Shown: positions 23,811-36,456 of the stretch, piece by piece
How positions within the stretch are numbered: the stretch's first letter is position 1
How the letters are laid out: each line of letters begins with the position of its first letter
From: Raja brachyura
Taxonomy: Eukaryota
NCBI GenBank assembly: GCA_963514005.1
Contig: OY740796.1
Span: forward strand, 43,834,001-43,898,000
DNA: 64,000 nt
Direction: 5' to 3'
Position numbers and translations under genes: made by a program
The notes under the pieces: generated by a model
What the model saw: only the letters and a program-made list of their open reading frames with translations
Databases searched by the model: none
Told to the model about the DNA's origin: nothing

Positions 23811-24077
23811 GATTTCTTCAAATAATGAGCCAGAGAGGTGAAAAATTCTAATGCCAACAGTTTGCTCATTTTGGGTGGAGTAACTTGATGCATTAATTCC
23901 TTTCAAAGTCACTTACATAGTAATTACTAATTAGACACTAATTAAGTAAAACCCATTATTTTAAATACCTCACTGTGAACAGTATGGACATGCAACTATT
24001 ACTGTTAGCTGCTTTAAAATACCCATCATATAATGAACATTAATGCAAAAATTATCGTGCATTTTCTTTGAAGAATG

Positions 24078-24395
24078 CGGCACGTTGGCGCAGCGGTAGA
24101 GTTGCTCCATTACAGCGCCAGCAGACCAGGGTTCGATCCTGGCCACGGGTGCTGTCTGTACGGAGTTTTTACGCTCTCCCCGTGACCACGTGGGTTTTCT
24201 CCGAGATCTGCGGTTTCCTCCCACACTCCAAAGATGTACAGGTTTGTAGGCTAATTGGCCTGGTATAAATGTAAATTGTCCCTAGTGTGTGTAGGATAGT
24301 GTTAATGTGCGGGGATCGCTGGTTGGTGCGGACGCGGTGGGCTAAAGGGCCTGTTTCTGCCCAGTATTTCTAAACTAAACTAAACTAAACTAAAC
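24078..24395 (+). mobile_element. V-SINE, full length
   Basis: TGGCGCAGCGG A box, GGTTCGATCC B box, (CTAAA)n tail. Confidence 0.9.
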
Positions 24396-24898
24396 ATACG
24401 TATGCAATCCAACTTACTGCCAGAAACATCAGTTGGCATTAAAAATCTAAAATAGCACTTCTTGATCACGATAACTAATGAGGAATAAAATACCAACTTC
24501 AACGAACAACTCCCCCAAAGGACAATAGAAGTGCTTACTATCACCTTTAACAGATGGAAGTGGAAGCACTATGGTATATTGTGAGATCGGTATAATTTTA
24601 TAGCTTCAAAGCATTTCACTTTCCTAACTCCAAAATTAATGTCTTCAAGCTAAATAAGGCATCATTTGATTTTGCATCCTGTATTATGGGAACAGATGTC
24701 TAGGCCAGTACATGAGGTCCTAAAGGAGTATGTTTTATGTGGGTAATTGATCAATTTTTACACTGGCCTTACTATGAGGTTTCCAGATTATATCAGCAGT
24801 TGGGAATCCAGCCCATATGTCACAATTGTCCATCTGCGACTTCGAAATGCTGCTGAAATCCGAGCACGTTTTCTGTTAATGCAGAGACACCTGTTGGT

Positions 24899-25645
24899 GG
24901 GATCCCACTACTGGCCACATCTTCCCATCTCCACCCCATTCTGCTTTCCGCAGAGACCGTTCTCTCCGTAACTCATCCCTTTCTGCCCAAACCACCCCCT
25001 CCCCAGGTACTTTCCCCTGCAACCGCAGGAGATGCAACACCTGTCCCCTTCACCTCCCCCCTCGACTCCATCCAAGGACTCAAATAGTCTTTCCAGGTGA
25101 GGCAGAGGTTCACTTGCACCTCCTCCAGCCTCATCTACTGCATCCGCTGTTCCAGGTATCAACTTCTCTACATCATGAGGTCAAGCGCAGGCTCAGCGAT
25201 CGTTTCGCTGAACACCTCCGTTCAGTCCGTCTTAACCAAGCTGATCTCCCAGTGGCCCAGCACTTCAACTCCCCCTCCCATTCCCAATCTGACCTTCCTG
25301 TCCTGGGCCTCCTCCATTGTCAGAGTGAGGCCCAGCACAAATTGGAGGAACAGCACCTCATATTTTGCTTGGGTAGTTTACACCCCAGCGGTATGAACGT
25401 TGACTTCAGGTAGCCCTTGCTTTCTCTCTCCTTCCCCTCCCCCTTCCCAATCCTCCTACTAGTCCCACTGTCTCCGCCCACTTTCTTTCTTTGTCCTACC
25501 CCCTCCCCTGACATCCCTCTGAAGAACGGTCTCGACCCGAAAGGTCGCCAATTTCTTCTCTCTATAGATGCCGCCTCACCCGCTGAGTTTCTCCAGCATT
25601 TGGTGTCTACCTTCAATTTTACCAGCATCTGCCGTTCTTTCTTAA
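24899..25645 (+). mobile_element. Penelope-like element, 5'-truncated: Cys-rich linker, GIY-YIG, hammerhead terminus
   Basis: GTFPCNRRRCNTCP; FTCTSSSLIYCIRC..LLYI; RFAEH..VAQHFN..EEQHLIFCLGSLHPSGMN; core at 25519; 12-bp TSD ACACCTGTTGGT at 24887-24898 and 25646-25657. Confidence 0.92.
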
Positions 25646-27589
25646 ACACCTGTTGGTAATGTTCAGAGCACTAATTAAATGACAAAGTCTGCAGATAATT
25701 AGTCACGACCAAGGTGCAACGGAATTATTCTTACATAAGATTAAAGAGGGACATATCACTGAAATAGGAGCCACGCGGAACTGCAGATGCTGAAGTCTTG
25801 CGTAAAAGACAAAGTGCTGGAGTAACTCAGAGGGTCAGGCAGCATCTGTGGAGGTAAGATGATATTTCAGGTTGGGATCAGGGTCCTGACCTGCAACTCC
25901 ACCTTCCTCCCACACTGCAAAGATGTACCAGTCTGTAGGTTAATTGACTTCAGTTAAAAACTTGTAAATTGTCCCTAGAGTGCAGGATAGTGCTAGTGTA
26001 TGGTGGGCCAAAAGACCTGTTTCCACGCTGTGTCTCAAAAATCTAAAGTCTGAATCTCTGGCCTTTGTCTAAAACCATCCCCCCCACCCCCCTCACCTAT
26101 ATCATCCAGAACGTCGTCATACCTCCACAGATACTGCCTGACCCACTGTTACTCCAGCACTTTGTCATTTACCTATCAGGCTTTGACCTACCCTTTCTCT
26201 CCTCCACCTTTGTTTCCCCCCTCCCCGCACCTCCCTCAATGTCTGAAGATGGGTCCCGATCTGAAACATCATCTATACATGCTCTCCACAGATGCTACCT
26301 GACCTGTTGAGTTACTCCAGCACATTGTGTTCACTTCTGCTCTGCCACTGATTCTCTCATCCTCTCAAGGCTGTTGGTACCTAAATCACCAACCTGCTGC
26401 TTATTAAAAGCCATGTGGCAAAAAAGTACCAGATGACACATTTGCCTCTACAATCTGTGTTGAGTTGAATGAAATGATGGTTTGCAGGAATCTACTATCT
26501 GTGGGTACATTACTATGGACGGAACTGAACGATGCCTGACAAATGCTTAAATGCAGATTGGACAGAAATGGATAGAAATCAACAAATAAAATTAGGGTCT
26601 GAAGAATACGGTGAACTCAGAAAATAATTCTTTAAGTATGTATGGGAAAATGTCAACTTATTTAACCACCATTTGCAATAGTCGGTGCAGTTTGTTCAGT
26701 CAAGGGTAATTTTAAATTTCCCTGAATATAGACACTGAAAAGCTGGAGTAAGTCAGCGGGTCAGGCAGCGTCTCTGGAGAAAAGGAATAGGTGACGTTTC
26801 GGGTCGGGACCCGTCCTACACTTTAAAATTTCTCACACTGTTTTTACAAGAAAAATATATTCAATGTGTCAGTGAAAATCTGGTTTTAAAAGCGTGCAAA
26901 AATTCCATTAACGCACAGGGAGTCATATTTTGTTTTCTGCTCCTTCTGAAATTCAAGGAGGGTTGAAAACTAAAAGGATTCTTTCACACAATGGGTTTTC
27001 CTTCAGTAACAAATATAAAGAGGTGAGAGTCGATGTTATCATCTTCTCCATCCTTGGAAGAAATTAAACAGAGAATTGTCAATGTTAGATGACTCCACTG
27101 CATAATAATTTAAAAAAAGGATCTATCAGGAAGTGGATGATCATTAGACTGTATTCATATAATAACAAAAGGTTGCTTAAGTTTAGGATAAGTGCAATGT
27201 GCTCTTTAGCAGCGTAAAGGTTCTACCTCTAATGCACACAGTTGGCCGTGAGAAGAATATGGAATATCCAAGAGAGTAAAACAAAAATGTCGTATAGTTT
27301 TCCTTAGAGGTGGGCGACAGATCTCACCCAACAAGCTCGCTGACAGCTAATTAATCTGAGCGCACATTGCCAGTAAACATTGGACCCTGAACTTGCATCC
27401 ATAAATTATAGAACAATCTTAGCAGTTGGACACCAGTATGTCCAAGTCCCTCAGCCGGTGAATGTTCAAATTTAATGTGTAACACACATCTGGCCGTATT
27501 TGCCAGCTAGTTTTACCAAATGACTATTTGCTTTATATCAGATGACCTTTATCGATCACTGAGACTAGAATGAGTAGCTAAGTTTGTAC

Positions 27590-27907
27590 TGTAGTTTAGT
27601 TTTTTAGTTTAGCGATACAGCACGGGAACTGGTCCTTCCACCCACTGACTCCACGACGACCAGCGATCCCCGTACACTAACACTATCCTACATGCACTGG
27701 GGACAATTTACGATTTTACCAAAGCCAATGAACCTATAAACCTGTACGTCTTTGGAATGTGGGAGGAAACCGGAGATCTTGGAGAAAACCCCCGCAGATC
27801 ACGGGGAGAACGTACAAACTCCATACAGACAGCGCCCGTGGTCAGGATCGAACCCAGGTCTCTGGCGCTGTAAGACAGCAACTCTGCTGCTGCGCCACCG
27901 TGCCGCC
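27590..27907 (-). mobile_element. V-SINE, full length
   Basis: Head, V domain, tail. Confidence 0.88.
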
Positions 27908-28008
27908 CAGTAAAAATTGCAAACTGCTTAAGATGTAGCAATAAACCGGAGGAAATGTTAACCTAACTTGCTAGATATGGAATTAAGTGAAACCTAGGGG
28001 ATTACATG

Positions 28009-28211
28009 ATAGACAAAAGTGCTGGAGAAACTCAGCGGGTGCAGCAGCATCTATGGAGCGAAGAAAATAGGCAACGTTTCGGGCTGAAGATGGGTTTCGG
28101 CCCGAAAAGTTGCCTATTTTCTTCATTCCATAGATGCTGCTGCACCTGCTGAGTTTCTCCAGCACTTTTGTCTACCTTCGATTTTCCAGCATCTGCAGTT
28201 CCTTCTTAAAC
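28009..28211. mobile_element. Penelope-like palindromic terminal insertion
   Basis: Inverted arms around CTGAAGATGGGTTTCGGCCCGAAA; TSD-like TAGG(G/A)GATTACAT. Confidence 0.8.
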
Positions 28212-28907
28212 ATAGGAGATTACATCTTGCCTGGCATGGTCTTCCATGAAGAGGGGAATTATGGCAGAGTGTAAAAGGAACGTTTTCCGTATCCCGAGGA
28301 ACAAGAATAAATTTTATAACACAAAGCTTCAAATTCTAGACGCTATGAAATCGCTACATGCGTTGTACTGTCCATATTGAATACAAAAACCCTATGAGCA
28401 ACCACCTTCTGATTCTATAATAAGCCACAATACCTGAATTTGAGTATGAAAAATTTGAATGCTCAGCAGTAATTAATATTAAGTCAAGAAGGTAAATTAT
28501 GTGGAACAGTCTCTCATCACCCACCTATTAAACTTGCCAAAGATGCGATGTTAATTATCTTTCCATATCCTTGCTTCAGCATAACACGTCCAGGAGGCTC
28601 TGACATAAGTTTTGCAAAGACAAATTACTGCTTCACGAACATACCAATATTGACAAGATAACAAATTACAGTCCACCCTGTTCAGGTGGGTTATACCCCT
28701 GTGTAAGAAATGCACCCACAGCAGTACAACATACCCTTCAGTCTTCCTGTCAAACACAGACACTGGCATCTAGTTGCTCGTTCTTAACCATTAATTTCTC
28801 CCAAGTAAAACTGTGACTAACCTTTGCCTTTGCATCTCTCCACTCTCACGTGCACGCTCCTTAGTTTGGAGAATGATTTAAACTGGTTTGTGACCATTTA
28901 TAGGACC

Positions 28908-29145
28908 AAGGAACTGCAGGTGCTGGTTTACAATTTTTAAAAAAAGACACAAAGTGCAGGAGTAATTCAGCAGGTCAGGCAGCATCTCCTGGAGATCGCG
29001 GATAGGTGACGTTTCGGGGTCGGGACACTTCTTCAGACTTTGCAGGCTAGCGGTCTGAGGAAGGGTCCTGCCCCGAAACGTCACCTATCCATGTTCTCCA
29101 GGGTTGCCGCCTGACCCGCTGAGTTACTCCAGCACTTTGTGTTTT
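28908..29145. mobile_element. Penelope-like inverted terminal pair
   Basis: Hammerhead cores on both strands (about 29008 minus, about 29054 plus). Confidence 0.8.
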
Positions 29146-29177
29146 TTTATTGCAAACACTTATGGTTACTATGAACT

Positions 29178-29315
29178 GGGGTGGGAGATTGCACCCCACG
29201 TGGTCCGCCCTGTTTCAACTAATGCAATCAACCTGGCGCGCACAATCAAATAAGATCAATGAGAACAAGTTGTCCTACAACTTTAGGCTGTGCACGCCAT
29301 ACGCAAGAAGAAGAA
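29178..29315 (+). mobile_element. Family A short retroelement with HDV-like head (29178-29229)
   Basis: GGGGTGG-GA-GATTGC-ACC-CCACGT-GGT-CCGCCCT-G-TTTCAA-CTAA-TGCAATC; tail CATACGCAAGAAGAAGAA; degenerate TSD at 29165-29177 and 29319-29331. Confidence 0.87.
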
Positions 29316-29647
29316 TAAGTTGCCATGAACTGTTCTGTGTTAAAATAATACTTTATAACTTGGAATGACTTCTTGGCGATTCTCATTCTCACCATTGGAT
29401 GTTGCTCTTCTAGACTATGTGCAACGCAAGACTGCAGGTCACTTTAAGACGAATGGTAATGGACCAACCTAATCGTTTTGATCTAAAATCCCCAAGAATT
29501 CTAAGGCTGGTTGCCATTAACTCTATTGTTAAAATGCCTTCGTAGGTGGGCTGTGAGCCCAAATCCCAGAATTGTTGGAATGAGGACAAGTTTTACTTTT
29601 CTAGGCACAAAGTGCCAGAGCAACTCAGCGGCTCAGGCAGCATCTTC

Positions 29648-29930
29648 AGTTTAGTTTACAGCATGGAAACAGGCCCTTCGGCCCACCGAGTCCATGTCAA
29701 CCAGCGATCCCCAGACATTAGCACTATCTTACACACTAGGGACAATTTACAATCTTTACCGAAGCCACATTAACCTACAAACCTGTCCGTCTTTGGAATG
29801 TGGGAGGAAACCGGAGTGCCCGGGGAAAACCCACGCGGTCACGGGGAGAACGTACAAACTCCGTACAGACAGCACCCGCGGTCAGGGTCGAACCCAGGTC
29901 TCTGGCGCTGCAAGGCAGCAACTCTACCGT
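29648..29930 (-). mobile_element. V-SINE
   Basis: V domain and tail; inserted in a Penelope fragment. Confidence 0.85.
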
Positions 29931-30462
29931 TGAGGAGAAAATGGGAAGGGTGAGGTTTCGGGTGAACCCTTCTCCAGACATGATAGGTTTCTCACCGTGC
30001 TGATTTTCATCGGAGTGCCAGATATTTAGGAATTTGTTTCTTTTGAAGCCTGAAATGAGTTTGTCTCAGTGCTTTAGGAGATTCCTGGCTTGTCGATTTA
30101 TGAAACAGTGCTGGTTATAGCCAGAAAGATGCTGGAGGCACCACTTTGATGTTTTCAGGAATAAATCAAAATGTACAAAGGTCTTTACGTTTGGGAGGGG
30201 CAGCAGAGGACTTGATGAGATCTATCTATACCGCATTGATCTAATAGTTTCATTAAGCTTTTAATTATAGGATGCCCGAGTATGAAAATATTTTAATGCT
30301 CACTAGAAATTGTATCACGGAATTGCATTCTCACAAAGTCTGTTTCACAAGCATGGTTTATTTCATCATGTGGCTGAGAGCAGAGAAGAAATAGAGACAT
30401 TAGGTCACAACAACCAAGGTGCCTACAGACAAAAGTGATGAGCCATCAACAAATTTAGAATG

Positions 30463-30614
30463 AAGATGGACACAAAAATACAGTCTGAAAGAAGGGTTCT
30501 GACCCTAAACATCATCTATTCCTTTACTCTGGAGATGGTGCCTGACCCGTGGAGTTGCTCCAGCATTTTGTGTCCATCTTCAGTGTAATCCAGCATCTGC
30601 TGTTCCTTCCGAAG
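30463..30614 (+). mobile_element. Penelope-like terminal fragment
   Basis: TSD CAAATTTAGAATG on both sides. Confidence 0.78.
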
Positions 30615-30721
30615 CAAATTTAGAATGTCAGATTGGTGCAGTGGGTGTATTTCCTGAAACTCAGGTCAAAACTGCAGATCGAGACAGAACTAGAGAGCTT
30701 CGAATGGGCAGAATGCTTCAA

Positions 30722-31023
30722 ATTTTCGATACAGCGTGGAAACGGGCCCTTTGGCCCAGCAAGTACATGCCGACCATCGATCACCCGTGCAACTTGTTCT
30801 GTGTTATATCACTTACCCACTCCCTACACCACAGGGGCAATTTACAGAGGGCCAATTAACCTACAAACCTGCACGTCTCTTAGGATGCGGGAGGAAACCG
30901 GAGAACCGGGGAAAACCAACGTGGTCACAGGGAGAACGTGCAACAGGCAGCACCCGAGGTTAGGACCGAACCCGGGTCCCTGGCGCTGTAAGGCAGCAAC
31001 TCTACCGCTGCACCACTGTTCCG
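30722..31023 (-). mobile_element. V-SINE
   Basis: Head, V domain, tail. Confidence 0.8.
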
Positions 31024-31069
31024 CTCCTCAGGTGTTTGCCACTGCGATGTTACTTGGACGATCCCAAAA

Positions 31070-31680
31070 AATATCATAAATCAACAGCTTCACCCTCAGT
31101 AATGTGGGACAGCTGACATCTCCAGGCAGTCAGAAGACAACACGGAATAATGCTCGCTAGTAAAATGTGGCTACCCAACGCTATAAATCTTGGTGCTTTA
31201 AATCCCTGGGGTTTAAAAAATGTCTCCTGCCGTTCAACAATTCTTGTAATAACTTGAATTGTAATCCAATTAAGTTTAAAACAGAACAAAAATGAAGTTT
31301 ATTAAATCCAGATGTACTTTTCCACAGGTGCGCTGCCTGAGGCAAAGCAAAAGGCTTCACTTTTCCCCCGTACAAAAGGCTAATGCATTGTACACACCTG
31401 GCTGCCCATAATTAATCCTCGTGATTTGACATCAAATGTCTCGTCCCACGTTGCTGACAGCTCCTTCTTCCCTGGCTGGGTTCATGTTTATTCCTGCATT
31501 GTTGCAAGCTATGTGACGTGGGCCCTTTCCCACCACAATGGTCCCGACCATTTTCTTTTTCCACAAACTTGGGCATGCCCACATCTGCTGTAAACTACGC
31601 ATCTGCAATTAGGATTAAAATTAATTGCCAGTCTAAGAGGGAATTTGGAAATGAAGGAGGCAGCATTTTGAAATATGCAA
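31070..31680. promoter_or_regulatory. Candidate conserved non-coding element
   Basis: Repeat-free; Pbx-Hox-like TGATTTATG (minus, 31075-31083), TGACAG/TGACAT, ATAATTAAT; conservation untested. Confidence 0.3.
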
Positions 31681-31806
31681 ATATTTTCTGTTAACTGATT
31701 TGTGTGGACCCGTGGAATATTCAGCAGAGCTTTCTTCATTAAAATTGATATACATATACATGTGTGTATATTATATATATATTCATTCAAGAACCAAATG
31801 TATTTA

Positions 31807-32394
31807 NNNNNNNNNNNNNNNNNNNNNNNNNNNNNNNNNNNNNNNNNNNNNNNNNNNNNNNNNNNNNNNNNNNNNNNNNNNNNNNNNNNNNNNNNNNNNN
31901 NNNNNNNNNNNNNNNNNNNNNNNNNNNNNNNNNNNNNNNNNNNNNNNNNNNNNNNNNNNNNNNNNNNNNNNNNNNNNNNNNNNNNNNNNNNNNNNNNNNN
32001 NNNNNNNNNNNNNNNNNNNNNNNNNNNNNNNNNNNNNNNNNNNNNNNNNNNNNNNNNNNNNNNNNNNNNNNNNNNNNNNNNNNNNNNNNNNNNNNNNNNN
32101 NNNNNNNNNNNNNNNNNNNNNNNNNNNNNNNNNNNNNNNNNNNNNNNNNNNNNNNNNNNNNNNNNNNTGTCATGTGTCACAGATGGAACAATGGAATTAT
32201 TACTTGCAGCAGCACAACAGAATATGTAAACATTGTGCACTGTAAACAATATAATAAACGGAAAAANNNNNNNNNNNNNNNNNNNNNNNNNNNNNNNNNN
32301 NNNNNNNNNNNNNNNNNNNNNNNNNNNNNNNNNNNNNNNNNNNNNNNNNNNNNNNNNNNNNNNNNNNNNNNNNNNNNNNNNNNNNNNNNNNNNN
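31807..32394. other. Assembly gaps (N runs 31807-32167 and 32267-32394)
   Basis: N bases. Confidence 1.
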
Positions 32395-32534
32395 GCCATT
32401 CGGCCCTTCGAGCCTGCACCGCCATTCAATATGATCATGGCTGATCATCCGACTCAGTATCCCGTACTTGCCTTCCCTCCATACCCTCTGATCCCCTTAG
32501 CCACAAGGGCCACATCTAACTCCCTCTTAAATAT

Positions 32535-32537
<3 letters not shown>

Positions 32538-32622
<85 letters not shown>

Positions 32623-32775
32623 ATGTATAGTAGACATAAAATGCTGGAGTAACTCAGCAGGACAGGCAGCATCTCTAGAGAGAAGGTATGGGTGACGGTT
32701 TGGGTCGAGACCCCTCTCCAGCATTTTGTGTCTATCTTCGTCTTAACCCAGTATCCGCAGTTCCTTCCTACACAT

Positions 32776-32850
<75 letters not shown>
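32538..32850. repeat. (CA)n at 32538-32619 and (TG)n at 32778-32850 flanking a Penelope fragment
   Basis: Directly visible. Confidence 0.95.
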
Positions 32851-32858
<8 letters not shown>

Positions 32859-34390
32859 ATATTCATGCAAGAACCAAGTCGAACAGAACACTTGAAACTG
32901 GTGTACAACTTTCCAGTTGAAAACGTAATCTCAGTTCTATTCTGTAACCAAACTGACCAATGGTTGAACTTTTTTAACGCATGTCCATTACTGAATATGT
33001 TGTTAGCACCATGTTCACTTCAGAATATGATGCGGTGCGGCTAAAATCTTGTATTGCTGTATCGTGGGTTTAGTGCAGCTATTCCTGCCTGTTGATCCAG
33101 TGTTTATGAATTACAGTTACTTACTCAAGGTAGTTGGCCGTCATTTTTCACAAACAAACGCAAGAAAACAATCACTTTCATCTTGCCATTTGAATAAAAT
33201 ACAATGATTAAAAAAGGACTTTGTGAAATTTGGTACATTATAATTAATCGTGTTTGCATTAATAATAATTCTAATCTTGATGAAAATATTCACCTGGTCT
33301 TTCAAATAGTGTCTGTTCCATTTCATATTCTGCGTAATTCAAGAGATTTCGATTTTACTCTTAGGGCGCTAAAGGAATCAAGGGATATGGGGAAAAAGCA
33401 GGAACAGGGTTCTGTGTTTGGACGATCAGCCTTGATCATATTGAATGGCGTTGCTGGCTCGAAGGACCAAATAGCCTACTCCTGCACCTATTTTCTATGT
33501 TTCTATGTTTCTTTGCATGGATTTTGGTTTTCATGGAATCATGGAGAGATGCAGCATTGCAACAGGCCATTCAACCCATTGGGTTTGCACTGACCACTAA
33601 GAACCTATTTTTACTCTAATCCTACCCTAATCTCCTATATTCTCCTCACATTCCCATCAGTCCCTTTCCATCTCTGCACCACGGACAACCTTCAGTGACC
33701 AATTAACCTCCCAACTTGATCATGCCCAGACCATCATGGGGGTAGCCCTTCCTATCATCAAAAGCATCTACATGAGGCTCTATTATCAAAGATCCCCACC
33801 ATCCGAACTATGCTCTATCCTCACTGCTACAGTCGGACAGGAGGAGCAGATGCCCGAAGTCCCACACCAACAGTTTCAGTCCCACAACCATCAAATCCTA
33901 GAATCTACCTGCACAACCCTAAACCTAAGATAGACACAAAATGCTGGAGTAGCTCAGGCAGCATCTCTGGAGAGAAGGAATGGGTGACGTTTCGAGTCGA
34001 GACCCTTCTTCAGACGTCACGACCCAAAACATCACCCATTCCTTCTCTCCAGTGATGTTGCCTGACCCACTGAGGTACTCCAGCATTTTGCGGCTATGTT
34101 TGGTGTAAACCAGCATCTGCAGTTCCTTCCTACATAACCTGAAACCTATCTTCACAATGGAACAAGACAAACCATTTCTTGCACAATGATTGGCTTGTTT
34201 TCTCATTGTGCCTTGCACTAATGTCTTGTTTTCTGTACTGTGTTTCTCTTTTCACTGACTTTCCTGTAGAACGTGTACGTAATTTATGGATAATTCATGT
34301 TGTTGTGAGTTGTCTGAGTCTATTTGCCTGCGATGCTGCTGCAAGCAAGATTTCTACTGTACCTGTACCTGACCGTGCTTGCACAGATTG

Positions 34391-34578
34391 TCTTCTTCTT
34401 TCGTGTCCATCTTCCATGCTTCAAATCCCTGTCATCATCCGTCCTGAAAAGGACGCAAGCTTCCGGCGGCAATCAGTGGGAGCCATCACTCGTTGCAATA
34501 GATGATGGTGGTGGCAGAATTAGCTCAGGATACTTCCAGTTTCCAGCCCCGCGACGTGGACGCTTCTGCTATGGGTCC
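34391..34578 (-). mobile_element. Family B short retroelement (188 nt) with HDV-like head (34513-34578) and GAA tail
   Basis: GGACCC-AT-AGCAGAA-GCG-TCCACGT-CGC-GGGGCT-GG-[P4]-GCTAA-TTCTGCC; tail GGACACGAAAGAAGAAG; second copy at 39902-40092. Confidence 0.82.
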
Positions 34579-35807
34579 ATACAGATGATAATGAACTTGA
34601 CTTGATTTGAACCTGCATATTTTCTGGGATGTGGAAGGATGCTGGAGTCCCTAGAGGAGACCCTTACAGTCACTGGGAGAATGTGAGTTTGGGTGGCTCC
34701 AGACGCGAGGCAGCATTTCAACTGGCCGTGCCACTGCGCCACCCATAGCAGGAAATGTGGGAAGCTTTGTGATGTCAACGAAACGCTTTGGTCTTTTATC
34801 CTCCATATCCATGCCCGAATATCATCAGACCACAGTGCGATTGCGAGGTGCCTTCCATACAATGTTATCTTTAATCTGTCGTTACTGGACTTCATCTGGC
34901 ACTAAAGGTTATTCCCATTATACTGTATCTGTGCACTGTGGAGAGTTTGATTCTAATCATGTATAGACTTTCCACTAATTGGATAGCATGCAACAAGACT
35001 TTTGAAATCTATAACACCTTTGAAGGTCAAAGTTATAGGAGCAGAATCAGACCCTTCGGCACATCAAGTCTACTCCACCATTCAATCATGGCTGACCTAT
35101 CTCTCCCTCCCAACCCCATTCTCCTGCCTTCACCCCATAACCCCTGACACCCGTACTAATCAAGAATCTGTCAATCTCCGCCTTGACTTGGCCTCTAAAG
35201 TCATCTGTGGTAATTAATTCCACAGATTCACTACCCTCTGACTAAAGATACCCCACCTCATCTCCTTTCTAAAGGTAAGAAAGAAAAGCTTTGTGGTCTG
35301 AAGATGGGTCTCGACCCGAAACGTCGCCCATTCCTTCTGTCCAGAGATGCTGCCTGTCCCACTGAGATAATCGAGCATTTTGTGTCTATCTTCTATTTAA
35401 GAAAAGCTTTTCACTGTACCTCAGTCGGCACACATGACAATAAACTGAACTAAAAGTTTAAAAAAAATGTTTTCTTCATTAACTAGTCTAATCCCATCTC
35501 TTTTAATTGACGACAGAAGCAGGGTGTTTGACAGATTCTTGATTAGTACGTGTGTCAGGGATCATGGGGAGAAGGCAGGAGAATGGGGCTGAGAGGGTGA
35601 TACATCAGCCACAATTGACTGGCGGAGTAGACTTGATGGACCGAATGGCCTAATTTCTGCTCCTATAACCTATGAACTTATGAAGTATCAGCTAACTAAA
35701 AAGTTTAGTTTAGTTTAGTTTATTGTCATCTGTACCAAGTTACTGTGAAAAGTGGCATAGCTCCTTTTACACATGTTTGTCAGCGCTTCTTCTAAAAAAT
35801 GTCGAAT

Positions 35808-36456
35808 TGCAGGTAAATAAGGTGGTCAAAAAGGTTTTTGGCACTTTGGCCTTCATCAGTCACAGTATTGAGTATAGACGTTGGGAGGTCATGTTGCAGT
35901 TGTATAAGGCATTGGTGAGACCGCATTTAGAAAATAGTGTTCAGTTCCATGTTATAGAAAAGATCATGTCAAGCTTGAAAGGGTTCAGAAAAGATTTACG
36001 AGGATGTTGCCAGGACTAGAGGGTGTGAGCTATAGGGAGAGTTTGAGTAGGCTGGGTCTCTATTCCATGAATCGTAGGATGATGAGGGAAGATCTTAGAG
36101 AGGTATACAAAATCATGAGAGGAATAGATTGGGTAGATGCACAGAGTAGGGGAAATGAGGATCAGAGGACATAGGTTCAAGGTGAAGGGGAAAAGATTTA
36201 ATAGGAATCCAAGGGGTAACATTTTCACACAAAGGGTGGCGGGTGCATGGAACAAGCTGCAAGAGGAGGTAGTTGAGGCTGGGACTATCCCATCATTTGA
36301 GAAACGGTTAGACAGGTACATGGATAGGACAAGTTTGGAGGGATATGGACCAAGCGCAGGCAAGTGGGACTAGTGTAGCTGGGACATTGTTGGCTGGTGT
36401 GGGCGAGTTGGGCCGAAGGGCCTGTTTCCACACTGCATCACTCTATGACTCTATGA
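35808..36456 (+). mobile_element. CR1/HER1 LINE 3' fragment
   Basis: VNKVVKKVFGTLAFISHSIEYRRWEVMLQLYKALVRPHLE; RGHRFKVKG..FTQRVAGAWNKL; tail shared with V-SINE. Confidence 0.9.

Noticed and set aside
24078-24150. tRNA genes at A/B-box sites
   Set aside because: These are tRNA-derived V-SINE heads running into the V domain; no complete cloverleaf is evident.
31509-32652. Long ORFs of 130-309 aa (also 42762-43382)
   Set aside because: Artefacts of N runs and dinucleotide repeats.
34324-34605. Duplicated peptide SSVLKR.QASG.NQWEPSLVAIDDGGGRISSGYFQFP (also 39776-40117) as a coding exon
   Set aside because: It is the antisense translation of the family B element; boundaries match the ribozyme G1 and GAA tail, not splice sites.
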